This document shows, piece after piece, positions 41,192-51,217 of a stretch of DNA of 64,000 nucleotides. The stretch comes from Ignisphaera sp. (GTDB lineage: Archaea; Thermoproteota; Thermoprotei_A; Sulfolobales; Ignisphaeraceae): the NCBI GenBank assembly GCA_038889075.1, contig JAWAHS010000005.1:14018-78017 (forward strand), written 5' to 3'. The translations under genes and the position numbers were made by a program. Position 1 is the first letter of the stretch. Every line of letters begins with the position of its first letter. Under the pieces are notes generated by a model that searched no databases, was not told where the DNA came from, and saw nothing but the letters and a program-made list of their open reading frames with translations.

Positions 41192-42193
41192 TTGGTGTCA
41201 TTAACCGATCCTCTGCCTGTTAAATCCTTTGTATTAAGAAATAGAGTTGTTATGCCTCCCATGGCATCAGGGCTTGCAAGTGAAGATGGGGGTGTTACTG
41301 AGGCTCTTATAAAGCACTACAGTGATAGAGCACTGTGCAACTCTATGGTCATTGTTGAGCACTCGTATATTTCATCTGATGGCAGAGCCAGCTCTAGACA
41401 GCTGGGTATTTGGAGCGATCATCTGATTTTCGGATTAGGTATTTTAGCTAGAACTATTCGAAATGGTGGTGCTATAGCTGTAATTCAGCTAAACCATGCT
41501 GGCGGTAGAGCTGATCCTAAGGTATGTAGCTGTATACCCATGGCACCGTCTCCAATTCTAGTACCTCGAGGATATATACAGGCACGTGAAATGAATATGG
41601 ATGATATCGAGAGAATTTTGAATAACTTTATAAAGGCTGCTGAAAGGGCTGTGAGAGCAGGTTTTGATGGTGTTGAAATCCATGGAGCTCACGGCTTCCT
41701 ATTGAACCAATTTCTATCACCAATAACCAATAGAAGATTAGATGAATTTGGCGGTAGCCTAGAAAATAGAATGAGGTTTCCACTAATGGTTGTTGAGGGA
41801 GTTAGGAGGGTTACTAAAAACAAGCTCTTACTTTACAGATTAGGTGCCGATGATCTAATTGAGGGTGGATTCACAATTGAAGAGGCGATTAAGGTGGCTA
41901 CTAAACTTGTTGACTATGGTATAGATATAATAGATGTCTCTGGAGGCCTCTGTGGTTCAAGTCCGCAACATCTTCAAGGTACCCAAGGCTACTTCATACC
42001 ACTAGCTGAGAAGATTAGGAGGCATGTTGATGTACCTGTAATAGGTGTTGGTGGTATCAACAATCCATGCATAGCCAACAGATTTATTAGCGATGGTAGA
42101 GTTGATTTAGTAGCTGTCGGTAGAGCACAATTGGCTGATCATCTCTGGACGTGTAAAGCTGTTCGAGAGATAAATAGATGTTATGAGAGGTAA
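41192..42193 (+). CDS. Old Yellow Enzyme family NADH:flavin oxidoreductase
   Basis: 'NRVVMPPM', 'QLNHAG', 'EIHGAHGFLLNQFLSP..N.R.DEFGGSLENR', 'AVGR'. Confidence 0.92.
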   Translation: MVSLTDPLPVKSFVLRNRVVMPPMASGLASEDGGVTEALIKHYSDRALCNSMVIVEHSYISSDGRASSRQLGIWSDHLIFGLGILARTIRNGGAIAVIQLNHAGGRADPKVCSCIPMAPSPILVPRGYIQAREMNMDDIERILNNFIKAAERAVRAGFDGVEIHGAHGFLLNQFLSPITNRRLDEFGGSLENRMRFPLMVVEGVRRVTKNKLLLYRLGADDLIEGGFTIEEAIKVATKLVDYGIDIIDVSGGLCGSSPQHLQGTQGYFIPLAEKIRRHVDVPVIGVGGINNPCIANRFISDGRVDLVAVGRAQLADHLWTCKAVREINRCYER

Positions 42194-42205
42194 GATATCG
42201 AAACC

Positions 42206-42217
42206 AAAAAAAAAAAA
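42206..42217 (-). terminator. poly-T tract, possible archaeal terminator
   Basis: A12 on the + strand between convergent genes. Confidence 0.3.
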
Positions 42218-42438
42218 TAGAGGTATACCCTTAATCATCTTATACATAATTTATTAAAGTAGCTATTACAATACTGACAATTGCAGGTATGTGAAATAAC
42301 TTAGTAAATCTATAACCATGAATCGCTAGAGCGCTGTGTATACTGTAAAATTGAACATTGACATAGCGTTGCACACTAAAATATGATCCTTGCACATTCC
42401 CTATAGCTAGTTTGTATGGAATAGCTCCTGTCACCGTT

Positions 42439-43320
42439 CTAGTCTACTGTTTTTATACCTATTGCTCTTCCTAAAACTGAGCCTAGTATATAGAGTAGAA
42501 GAGATACCCCTAAGATTAGTACTACAGATTCCGCGAATTCTCTTAGGAATTTTTTATTGTGGAGTACTGCTGTATAGAATGTCATGTATGCCACTATTGC
42601 CATGGCTAGTAGCATCATCGCTATAAATGCTGTGGCTATAGAGTTTAGTATAAAGTATGGTAGCGCTAATAGTAGAACAACTACTATATAGGCTACAGAT
42701 GTATATAGTGCTGAAATTCTCGGATTCTTAAGAGCTTCATGCTTAGCCTGGGAATACGATGCTATACCCATCGATATAGAGGCTGCTATACCTGCTAAAA
42801 GCCCTGTTAGACCTGCATTTACTGTGTTTTCAAAAGCTCCCAGAGACCCTGTGTATATTCCTGTAAGTTCTATGAGGGCATCGGATATACCAAGTGTTAT
42901 AGAGCCTAGATACCTAACCCTTCCTTCATCAAGACTTGAAATGAACTCGTATTCATGTCTCCTCTCATCCTCTATAATCCTATTTACATCATCTTTAAGT
43001 TCTGGTCTGGCTCTAACTATATCTCCATAGATCCTCGATGCATCAACCTCCATAGACTCTACAACTTTAAGCGTAATGGTTACACCAAATAGGAGCAGGA
43101 GAACCCGATAGAGAAGTACCTTAATCACAGATAGCTTAGACCTACAGCTACCCACAATTCTACTCCAAAATCTATAGTGTCTAAGTTCGTCATCAGCCGC
43201 TCTCTCAAACATCTCTCTAAGACGTTGGTTAAGCATAGGTGTTCTAGCAAGTGCCTTGTAGAGATGGTGAGCCTCATATTCATCTCTACAAACTCTATAT
43301 AGAGCTTCTCTAACTTCCAT
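42439..43320 (-). CDS. rubrerythrin/ferritin-like domain fused to VIT1/CCC1 transporter
   Basis: ExxH motifs 'DELRH' and 'DERRH'; VIT1 motifs 'LGISDALIE' and 'ASISMG'. Confidence 0.85.
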   Translation of the reverse strand: MEVREALYRVCRDEYEAHHLYKALARTPMLNQRLREMFERAADDELRHYRFWSRIVGSCRSKLSVIKVLLYRVLLLLFGVTITLKVVESMEVDASRIYGDIVRARPELKDDVNRIIEDERRHEYEFISSLDEGRVRYLGSITLGISDALIELTGIYTGSLGAFENTVNAGLTGLLAGIAASISMGIASYSQAKHEALKNPRISALYTSVAYIVVVLLLALPYFILNSIATAFIAMMLLAMAIVAYMTFYTAVLHNKKFLREFAESVVLILGVSLLLYILGSVLGRAIGIKTVD

Positions 43321-43495
43321 ATCACGTTACCGAATCTCTTTACTACATCATAGAGTTAAAAATTTTCCTACTATAAATGGATGTCCATCTATGATACTGT
43401 AAACAATATGACTATAGACTCTATCTTCAAAATGTTAAGATTTATTACGTATTTACCATATCTACACTATAGGCTCTGAGTAATAGTGGTGTAGA

Positions 43496-44329
43496 TTGCG
43501 GTTTAGAGTAGTAGAGATAGAGGTTAGACAAGCATTAACAAAATCTGGCCTACCCGATTTAGACTACGCATTGAATCCCTATCTAGGTTGTGGTCATGGT
43601 TGTCTCTACTGCTATGCCAAGATATATACAAGACTAAGTGAAGTTGTTGCGAACTGGGGTAAAATTATAGCTGTAAAGAAAAATCTACTTGATATACTTA
43701 CAAACGAGGTTGAGAGGTTGAAGAGGGGTACCGTTGGTATAGGGACCATAACGGATCCCTACCAACCTATTGAAGCTATATACAGGCTTACAAGGAGCTC
43801 AATAGATATTCTAGCCAGAAACGGATTTAAGGTGAGTATTCAGACAAAGAACTCCCTAGTAGTAAGGGATATAGATATTCTAAAGAAGTATAGAGATGCT
43901 GTAGACGTTGGTCTAACAATAACATCAGCAGATGATTCGATGATGCATACCTTTGAACCGTATTCATCGCCTCCATCTGCACGTATCAAAGCATTGAAAA
44001 AGCTTTCTGAATCAGGTATAAGAACATGGATTTTCTACGGTCCAGTAATACCCGGTTACAATGACGATATAGAAGAGGTGGCAAAAATCATTAAATTGGC
44101 TAGAGAAACAAAGAGTCTGTTGTATATAGATAAACTTAGAGTCAAGAGGTTTATGTGGCTTGATCCATTTCTAAAATCGATAGCCAGTAGAAGCATTAAA
44201 TATGATTGGTACAGATTCTATAGCAGTGTATATAGCCTGTGTAGAGATATGGAAGTTGTATGCAGATCCGGATTCGAACCAGATAAGGAACAGCATAATA
44301 AAAGGCTTGACAATTACCTAGTGAAATAG
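43496..44329 (+). CDS. radical SAM protein, SplB-like (COG1533)
   Basis: 'NPYLGCGHGCLYCYA', 'TDPYQPIE', 'QTK'. Confidence 0.9.
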   Translation: MRFRVVEIEVRQALTKSGLPDLDYALNPYLGCGHGCLYCYAKIYTRLSEVVANWGKIIAVKKNLLDILTNEVERLKRGTVGIGTITDPYQPIEAIYRLTRSSIDILARNGFKVSIQTKNSLVVRDIDILKKYRDAVDVGLTITSADDSMMHTFEPYSSPPSARIKALKKLSESGIRTWIFYGPVIPGYNDDIEEVAKIIKLARETKSLLYIDKLRVKRFMWLDPFLKSIASRSIKYDWYRFYSSVYSLCRDMEVVCRSGFEPDKEQHNKRLDNYLVK

Positions 44330-44442
44330 CATACCGTAATTACCATTCCGATACATTTACCGTTACACATCACACGGTAATACACTTTACATGGCAACCC
44401 AAATAAGTTTCTGAATGCATAATTCTACAAAAACAAAGCCTG

Positions 44443-45378
44443 TTACAATAACAGAGTGAACAATGTGGACGACAAGATTACCGAAACCAGTGTTAGCACC
44501 GTTATTGACACGGCCATTAGATCTTCGTTTAATTTAAACATTTTAGCTATAATTATATTGTTGACAGCTGGTGGCATGATACTCTGTAGCATAAATCCAC
44601 GGACAAATTCACTAGGTGCTGTTACAAAAGATAGAATGGCTCTAGCTATAATTAGAGAATATGGTATTTTTATTAGAGCTACCACTGCCAGTGGTCTTAC
44701 TAATGACCTTAGTGATGAGTATGTTAGATTTGCTAATCCATATCCTATTACGAAAAACGACATTCTTATAACATATGATGTAAATGCTGATACACTATTC
44801 ACTATGCCTCCTATATCTAGGGTGCATGTTTTTATAATCATTGTTATTATGATTGCTAGTATAGGCGGGAATGATTTTACTACATCTAGAGGATTCCCTC
44901 TAGATGTTCTTAATGCTATAAATAGTGTTATAAATGAAAAAACTATATTGAAGGCTACTGTATAAGGTGTAACATAATATCCTGTTCCTAGAAGTAGTGT
45001 TGCTAGTGGAATCGCTAAGTATCCCGCATTTGGAAGGGAGGATAGTACCACTATTGTCATTCTATCCTTAGGATTGCTAGATATGATAGGAGAGAAAAGA
45101 AACGACGACACCATTAAAACACATATATGCAGGATTGATAATACAATAAAGAATACATAGAAGTTTATTGAAGGCGCATTAAGAACGCCAACAAATATTA
45201 CCATAGGTACAGCAATATAGTATAGAAAATAGTTCACCAATTCAACTATGTATGCCATAAAATCAGAGTTCCTTCTACCTACCATAAACCCAATAGTGGC
45301 TAGACCTATATCTACAATAAACGTCAGCTCCAATGCAAACCACCAGTCCATACTAACCCATATTTCTAGGTGCTTCAA
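44443..45378 (-). CDS. AEC-family transporter
   Basis: 'PNAGYLAIPL', 'MPPAVN'; about 10 TM segments; start uncertain. Confidence 0.82.
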   Translation of the reverse strand: MKHLEIWVSMDWWFALELTFIVDIGLATIGFMVGRRNSDFMAYIVELVNYFLYYIAVPMVIFVGVLNAPSINFYVFFIVLSILHICVLMVSSFLFSPIISSNPKDRMTIVVLSSLPNAGYLAIPLATLLLGTGYYVTPYTVAFNIVFSFITLFIALRTSRGNPLDVVKSFPPILAIIITMIIKTCTLDIGGIVNSVSAFTSYVIRMSFFVIGYGLANLTYSSLRSLVRPLAVVALIKIPYSLIIARAILSFVTAPSEFVRGFMLQSIMPPAVNNIIIAKMFKLNEDLMAVSITVLTLVSVILSSTLFTLLL

Positions 45379-45503
45379 GACGCAGGATAGTATTGATTGA
45401 TATAGGCTGTGTTTATGGATGAGGTTCCCTATCCTTCAGCACAGGTTTTACTAATGCGAAAGCTTTTATTTGTTAATGTTTTAGTATATAATGGTGTGTC
45501 AGC

Positions 45504-46724
45504 TTGAGCTTAAAGCCCCGACCTGTAGTTGAAGACGTTTATTGGGTTGGTGTTAATGATGATGCTAGGGAACTCTTTGAATCGCTTTGGCCCTTGCCCT
45601 TTGGAATATCGTATAATGCATATGTAGTTATTGGTAGGGAGGCCGTTGCTCTTATTGATACAGTTGATAGTAGATTTACCTATGAATATATAGGTAAGGT
45701 TAGGGAGGTTGTCGGTGATTTTGATAGGATTCGCTATATTGTTGTAAATCATCTAGAGCCTGATCACCATGGAGCTACACCAGATATTCTTGGAATCATT
45801 CCAAAGGCTAGGCTTGTAACGAGTCAGATGGGTAGTAGAGTGCTGTCTTCAATATATAGGATTTCTAGCAATAGGATTATTGTAATCAAAGATGGTGATA
45901 GAATAGATTTAGGTGGTAAGACACTAAGGTTTATCTACACACCCTGGCTCCATTGGCCAGAGACCATGGTTACATATCTTGAGGAGGATAAGGTACTCTT
46001 TTCATGCGATGCCTTTGGTAGCTATGGCTCTCTACAAGATGGGATTTTCGATGATGAGCTAGATATGGATTTCTATCTAGATGAAGCTAAGAGGTACTTC
46101 TCTAATATAGTGATTAAGTATACAAGAAATGTTCTAGAGGCCCTTGAGAAACTAAAGAGTACTGAGATAAGGATTATAGCTCCATCTCATGGACCTATAT
46201 ATAGATCCGATCCACGTAAAATAGTTGAACTCTATAGAAGGTGGTCCCAACCTTCACCGGAAAGAGATAGGGTGGCACTAATCTATGGATCCATGTATGG
46301 TAGAGGGGAAACTATTGTTGAACACATTATCGAGAAGCTTAGCCAGAAGAATCTCAAGATCATACCACACAATGTCTCTACATCCCATCCATCATATATA
46401 CTATCCGATTTAGTCGAATCCTACATTACAGTATTTGTATATCCATCTTACGATGCAGGTATATTTCCATATATGGAGGATGTGATGAGAATCTTCCAGC
46501 TTAAACAGATTGGACGAGGAAGATATGCTGCAATAGTAAATATATATGCATGGGCCTCAACGGCTAAGCAGACCATCGAGCTTCTTACAAAGGCAGGATT
46601 TAGAATCATAGAGCCTATAGTAGAAACCAAGGCAATACCAGATGAAGAAGAGCTGAAGAAAATTGAAACTCTCATAAATAATATAGTGGATACATCAAGA
46701 AGAGAGAGCACATCATCTCAATAA
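45504..46724 (+). CDS. fprA: flavodiiron protein (A-type flavoprotein)
   Basis: 'NHLEPDH', 'LHWPE', 'SCDAFG', 'PSHG', flavodoxin 'YGSMYG'. Confidence 0.92.
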   Translation: MSLKPRPVVEDVYWVGVNDDARELFESLWPLPFGISYNAYVVIGREAVALIDTVDSRFTYEYIGKVREVVGDFDRIRYIVVNHLEPDHHGATPDILGIIPKARLVTSQMGSRVLSSIYRISSNRIIVIKDGDRIDLGGKTLRFIYTPWLHWPETMVTYLEEDKVLFSCDAFGSYGSLQDGIFDDELDMDFYLDEAKRYFSNIVIKYTRNVLEALEKLKSTEIRIIAPSHGPIYRSDPRKIVELYRRWSQPSPERDRVALIYGSMYGRGETIVEHIIEKLSQKNLKIIPHNVSTSHPSYILSDLVESYITVFVYPSYDAGIFPYMEDVMRIFQLKQIGRGRYAAIVNIYAWASTAKQTIELLTKAGFRIIEPIVETKAIPDEEELKKIETLINNIVDTSRRESTSSQ

Positions 46725-47181
46725 TATTTGGTAATACTAAAGCGTGTTTTAGCAGATTTGTGCAACCAAATATTAAGGAATTTTTGTGTTGCTTATGCTA
46801 TCCACTGTTCTGCTACCTCTATATGTTACCATTGTTAGGGCTTGTTGAGGTAATCCTAAGTTACTTAGACTATACGTGTACCGTACTGAGCTAGTGATCT
46901 ATACCACTTACTGTATTGCTAAAATTAAAAACATCTAACCTCATCCTACTCTAAATGATGAGTTTTCAGTTGTAAAAGGCTTATAGAACTCAATGAATTA
47001 AACGGTATACCTATCATGGATGCCGATCTCTTTAGTTATATACCACTGCAATTTAGACGGCAACATTGAAATAGTAAGAGTGCTGATACCATCCACAATT
47101 TTATCAAGGTAATGGCACCTAGAGCTTTAAATATCCCCAGAGGTACCTCTACTGCCTGTAGTCTTTGCTAGGTGCTCTATA

Positions 47182-47877
47182 ATGGGTGCTATATATGGCG
47201 TTTCCTTTGATATGATTGCCCAGGATGCTTTGATAGCCATTCCACTATTTATTTATATTATTATTCTTGTCTTTATTGCTACAAAGAGGCTCTATAGCCT
47301 CATGGTCTCTCGAGGTATTAGGCATAACGTAGCAGTATACTTTAATAGAAAAGTTATCCATATGCTCACAGGCGGTCTCGTAGCCATCTTTGTACCAATA
47401 TTATTTAGGGAACCTTTCATCCCTATGCTGTTTGCATACATACTAGCTATCCTTACATACCTTCCTCATAGATCTGGAAAGATTCTCACATGGTTCCAAA
47501 CGGATGATAATATGTATGAAGTTAACTTCTGTATAGCTTGGGGAACCTCTATAGCTATTCTATGGCTTTTAACAGACAATCCATGGATATCAATACTACC
47601 TGCTCTAGCTATATCGATTGGGGATGCAGTTACAGGTATAGTTAGAAATGTTGTTTTCGGCTATAGGACAAAGCACTGGTTGGGAAACATAGCAATGGCT
47701 GTGACAATGATTCCAATAGGGTATATATTCTCGGGGTTGATAGGTGCTGTAACAATGGCTGTAGCTTCAGCTATAGAGAGGATAGAGCGCAACCCAATAG
47801 ACGATAACATACTGATAGCCTTTACGGCAACAGTCATCATAGCCGTAATGTATGTTGCGATGCCACTTTCTAGCTAG
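47182..47877 (+). CDS. dolichol/phytol kinase family membrane protein
   Basis: 'RKVIHM', 'GDAVTGIV', 'DDN'. Confidence 0.8.
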   Translation: MGAIYGVSFDMIAQDALIAIPLFIYIIILVFIATKRLYSLMVSRGIRHNVAVYFNRKVIHMLTGGLVAIFVPILFREPFIPMLFAYILAILTYLPHRSGKILTWFQTDDNMYEVNFCIAWGTSIAILWLLTDNPWISILPALAISIGDAVTGIVRNVVFGYRTKHWLGNIAMAVTMIPIGYIFSGLIGAVTMAVASAIERIERNPIDDNILIAFTATVIIAVMYVAMPLSS

Positions 47878-48595
47878 GCTATACACATATACACTACTTA
47901 TTGATTCTGTCAATAACTAGCCGACCTTCCCCACCATGAAGAAGACCTTCAGCTATAGACTATCAGTCCTCTACTTCACTATAAATAGTTTAATGGACTC
48001 TCTGATTATACCACCATATCGCAGATCGAGCAACATTTACCAAAAAATCTCTATAATACTTCTATATACCCTGCTTTTCACATAAATGTAGAGTTTTTTT
48101 ATAATAAAGCCTTGCATCTCTGTAGTGAGTTCGTGGAATAGCCGTTGAGCCCACCAGAACACAGAGGCTTCCATCTAGGGAAAAGCTCCCGAGCCACTTG
48201 GAGTGGTGCCACTAAGGCATTAAACAAAAACCCGTAGAAATATTGCCCATTGCAGAAAAGTTTTTTGATGAGATTAGAGAGTTAGAAGCAGTAATTTAAG
48301 ACGAGCTATTGTCCAAAGTATCATTCTTTAGGGGAGGTGACAGCAAAGATTGATTATATGTAGAAGATATCTGTAACTATGACTGTTGCGGTACTGTTGG
48401 CACTAATACCACACATTGTTTAGCCATAGTAAGGTAGCATAGCATAAATATGTTGCTGAAAAAGCTTTACCCCATTCCTGATTCTACAGAATTGCATCTG
48501 CAACTCTATCTTAATCCTACACTGATGTTGGAAACATTTATTTTTTAGGTCTGCTACCTATATGCAGTATTTAAGGGTATTGAGTTAGGATGTAG

Positions 48596-49621
48596 ATGTA
48601 TAACATTTGCATGACTGAGGTGCTGCATTTGGATGATGCTATCATTGTCAGGGATCTTGTTAAGAGATATAGAGTAAAGAAGAAGACTGGTTTATTTAGA
48701 TCACATATCGAAGTTATTGAGGCTCTACGGGGTGTAAGCTTTACCGTTAATTATGGAGAGGTTGTAGGTCTTTTGGGACCTAATGGTGCTGGAAAGACCA
48801 CAACTATAAAGATTCTAGCGACACTATTGCTTCCTGATTCTGGTGAAGCCTATGTTGCTGGATATAATGTTGTTAAGGAGGCTAGTGAAATAAGAAAGAG
48901 GATAGGCATTATGTTAACTGTTGAAAAGGGCTTCTATGGAAAGCTAACTGGTCGTGAGAATCTAGAATACTTTGCCGCACTCTACGGACTTGATGGCAGG
49001 AGGTCTAGGGAGAGAATAAATTACCTCATTAAGTTGCTTGAGCTTGACAAACTTGGAGCCGACTATAAGCTCCTTGAGGAGTTTAGCCTTGGAATGAAGG
49101 CTAGGCTCAGCCTAGCTAGAGCCCTTCTAAGCGATGCACCAATACTTCTCTTAGATGAGCCTACACTTGGCCTTGACCCACCTAGTGCTCGAAGAATTAG
49201 AGAGCTGGTTAAAGATCTAGCTCATAGGGAAGGAAAGGCAGTACTTTATACAACTCATAACATGTTTGAAGCTGAGCTTGTATGCGATAGGATTCTACTA
49301 ATAAATAGGGGTACCATTGTCGTTGAGGGAACTCCACATGAACTTAAAATGAGGATACCTAAGCTTAGAGTAGTTACAGTTAGCATTAGAGGAGAAGGAG
49401 GTAGTATACATCAGATTCTAGACACACTAGGTACAAAATATGAGGTAAAGACTGAAGAGAATGGTATTTATAGTGTTAGAATCCATGCAGAGAAACCGGA
49501 GGATATATTCAATGATGTTATGAAGAAGCTTATAGCAAACAGCTTTGAAATAATATCAGCTAGAATCGAGGAGCCTACACTTGAAGATGTATTTATATAC
49601 TTTAGTGAGGGATCGCTATGA
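48596..49621 (+). CDS. ABC-2 type exporter ATPase
   Basis: GPNGAGKT, FSLGM, 'LLDEPT', C-terminal 'PTLEDVF'. Confidence 0.92.
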   Translation: MYNICMTEVLHLDDAIIVRDLVKRYRVKKKTGLFRSHIEVIEALRGVSFTVNYGEVVGLLGPNGAGKTTTIKILATLLLPDSGEAYVAGYNVVKEASEIRKRIGIMLTVEKGFYGKLTGRENLEYFAALYGLDGRRSRERINYLIKLLELDKLGADYKLLEEFSLGMKARLSLARALLSDAPILLLDEPTLGLDPPSARRIRELVKDLAHREGKAVLYTTHNMFEAELVCDRILLINRGTIVVEGTPHELKMRIPKLRVVTVSIRGEGGSIHQILDTLGTKYEVKTEENGIYSVRIHAEKPEDIFNDVMKKLIANSFEIISARIEEPTLEDVFIYFSEGSL

Positions 49622-50418
49622 AACTCCATACAATATTGAGGGCTGAGTTTAGTCTTGTGTATGGTGAAATATTTAGAAGAAAATCAGCGCTTGCAGCAAT
49701 GATTATATACCCCTACCTCTTTGCAGGCTTTACACTATTCTTTGGATATACTATAGGTTCTCCACAGCTATTCATAGAAAGGGTTGGTGTAGAGCCTACA
49801 ATATTTATGATTACAGCAAGCAATATAGTTATGTCTATAATTACCGCTGTAGACGATGTTCTCTGGAGACCTCTGCATGACATGTATGTAGGAACCTTAC
49901 CATACATCATTGCGTCGCCTATTAATAAGCTCGAGCTATTCATAGCTATACCAATACCTAGGCTATCACTGCTACTAATGACAGGGTTTACAAGCATAGC
50001 TCCCATATATACGCTATACTATGGTATGAATGGAATTGTGCTAGCTCTAGCCATAATATCCCTAATAGCTCTTGGGGCACTCACCATGTCTACACTAGGT
50101 ATAGTTATTGCTGGGCTGATCCATACTATTGGTGAAAGTTGGAGGATACTCAACATAGTTAGACCATTGATAATGGTTCTACTGGGTGCCTATTATCCAA
50201 GAATGTTTATGCCCCTTTCAGTATATATTGTGAGCTTCCTCATACCATCTTCACACGTTGTTGAAACTATCCATAGGATACTTCTAGGTAGTATAGATAA
50301 TCTATATCTATTTCCTATACTTGCCATTATCTTGGCTTTCACCTATATACCTGGTAGCAGAAGAAGCCTGCTGTATTGGGAGAAAAAGAAGGTGAGTGAG
50401 GGTGTTAAGACTTATTAG
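49618..50418 (+). CDS. ABC-2 type permease
   Basis: Six TM segments; 'GTLPYIIASP'; coupled to the ATPase gene. Confidence 0.82.
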   Translation: MKLHTILRAEFSLVYGEIFRRKSALAAMIIYPYLFAGFTLFFGYTIGSPQLFIERVGVEPTIFMITASNIVMSIITAVDDVLWRPLHDMYVGTLPYIIASPINKLELFIAIPIPRLSLLLMTGFTSIAPIYTLYYGMNGIVLALAIISLIALGALTMSTLGIVIAGLIHTIGESWRILNIVRPLIMVLLGAYYPRMFMPLSVYIVSFLIPSSHVVETIHRILLGSIDNLYLFPILAIILAFTYIPGSRRSLLYWEKKKVSEGVKTY

Positions 50419-51211
50419 AAGGGCCTATGCTGTATTTAAATCATATGCTCTCTCAGATCTAGTAAGAAGCAAAGGGTTTATCTACGGCTTTATAAGCTTT
50501 TCAATATGGATCGTGCTCTTTATGAGTCCTCTCACCCTCTTTATAGATCAAACAGCAGATCCACAGACGGTAGCCGCATATGGATTTACAGCTATACTGA
50601 TATTTATGTTCTATGGAGCTGCTACATGGGATTGGGCTGCAGAGCTCCGCTGGATGATTAATGATGGTAGACTTGAGTACTATATAGTTAGTGGAAGTGG
50701 TTTTCTACCACACTATCTAGGTATCCTACCAATATCTCTAATCTGGCTAGCAATGACTATGCTCTTCAACTATGTAGTTCTATCTATACTATGGGGACCA
50801 CCACTACTAGTCTTTACAGACATAACCATGCTCGTATATGGATTCATACTACTACTCATTAATCTAGTGGCCTATGCTCTAATACTTGGAGGTACTGTTG
50901 TCTCTAGCGGTGTCTCTGGCTTCGTTATAGAGATACTAGGCTTTATACTACCAGTAGCAACAGGGGGTCTAACACCACTTTCAAAACTACCAAGACCACT
51001 ACAAACATTTGCACTACTAACGCCATTTAGCTATCCAGCAGAAATGCTGAGATACTCTATACTTGGATGGACCCCAATTATGGATGTATGGCAACTTATA
51101 GTCAGGGGTATACTTTCAGCACTAGTATTCCTACTAATATCACTGGCATACTTTAGATACCAGCTAAAGAAAATTTTAAAAGAGGGTGTACGTGTAACTG
51201 CGCTATGGTAG
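50396..51211 (+). CDS. ABC-2 type permease
   Basis: Six TM segments; 'LP..LQ..ALLTPFSY.AEMLR'. Confidence 0.82.
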   Translation: MRVLRLIRRAYAVFKSYALSDLVRSKGFIYGFISFSIWIVLFMSPLTLFIDQTADPQTVAAYGFTAILIFMFYGAATWDWAAELRWMINDGRLEYYIVSGSGFLPHYLGILPISLIWLAMTMLFNYVVLSILWGPPLLVFTDITMLVYGFILLLINLVAYALILGGTVVSSGVSGFVIEILGFILPVATGGLTPLSKLPRPLQTFALLTPFSYPAEMLRYSILGWTPIMDVWQLIVRGILSALVFLLISLAYFRYQLKKILKEGVRVTALW

Positions 51212-51217
51212 CATCCA

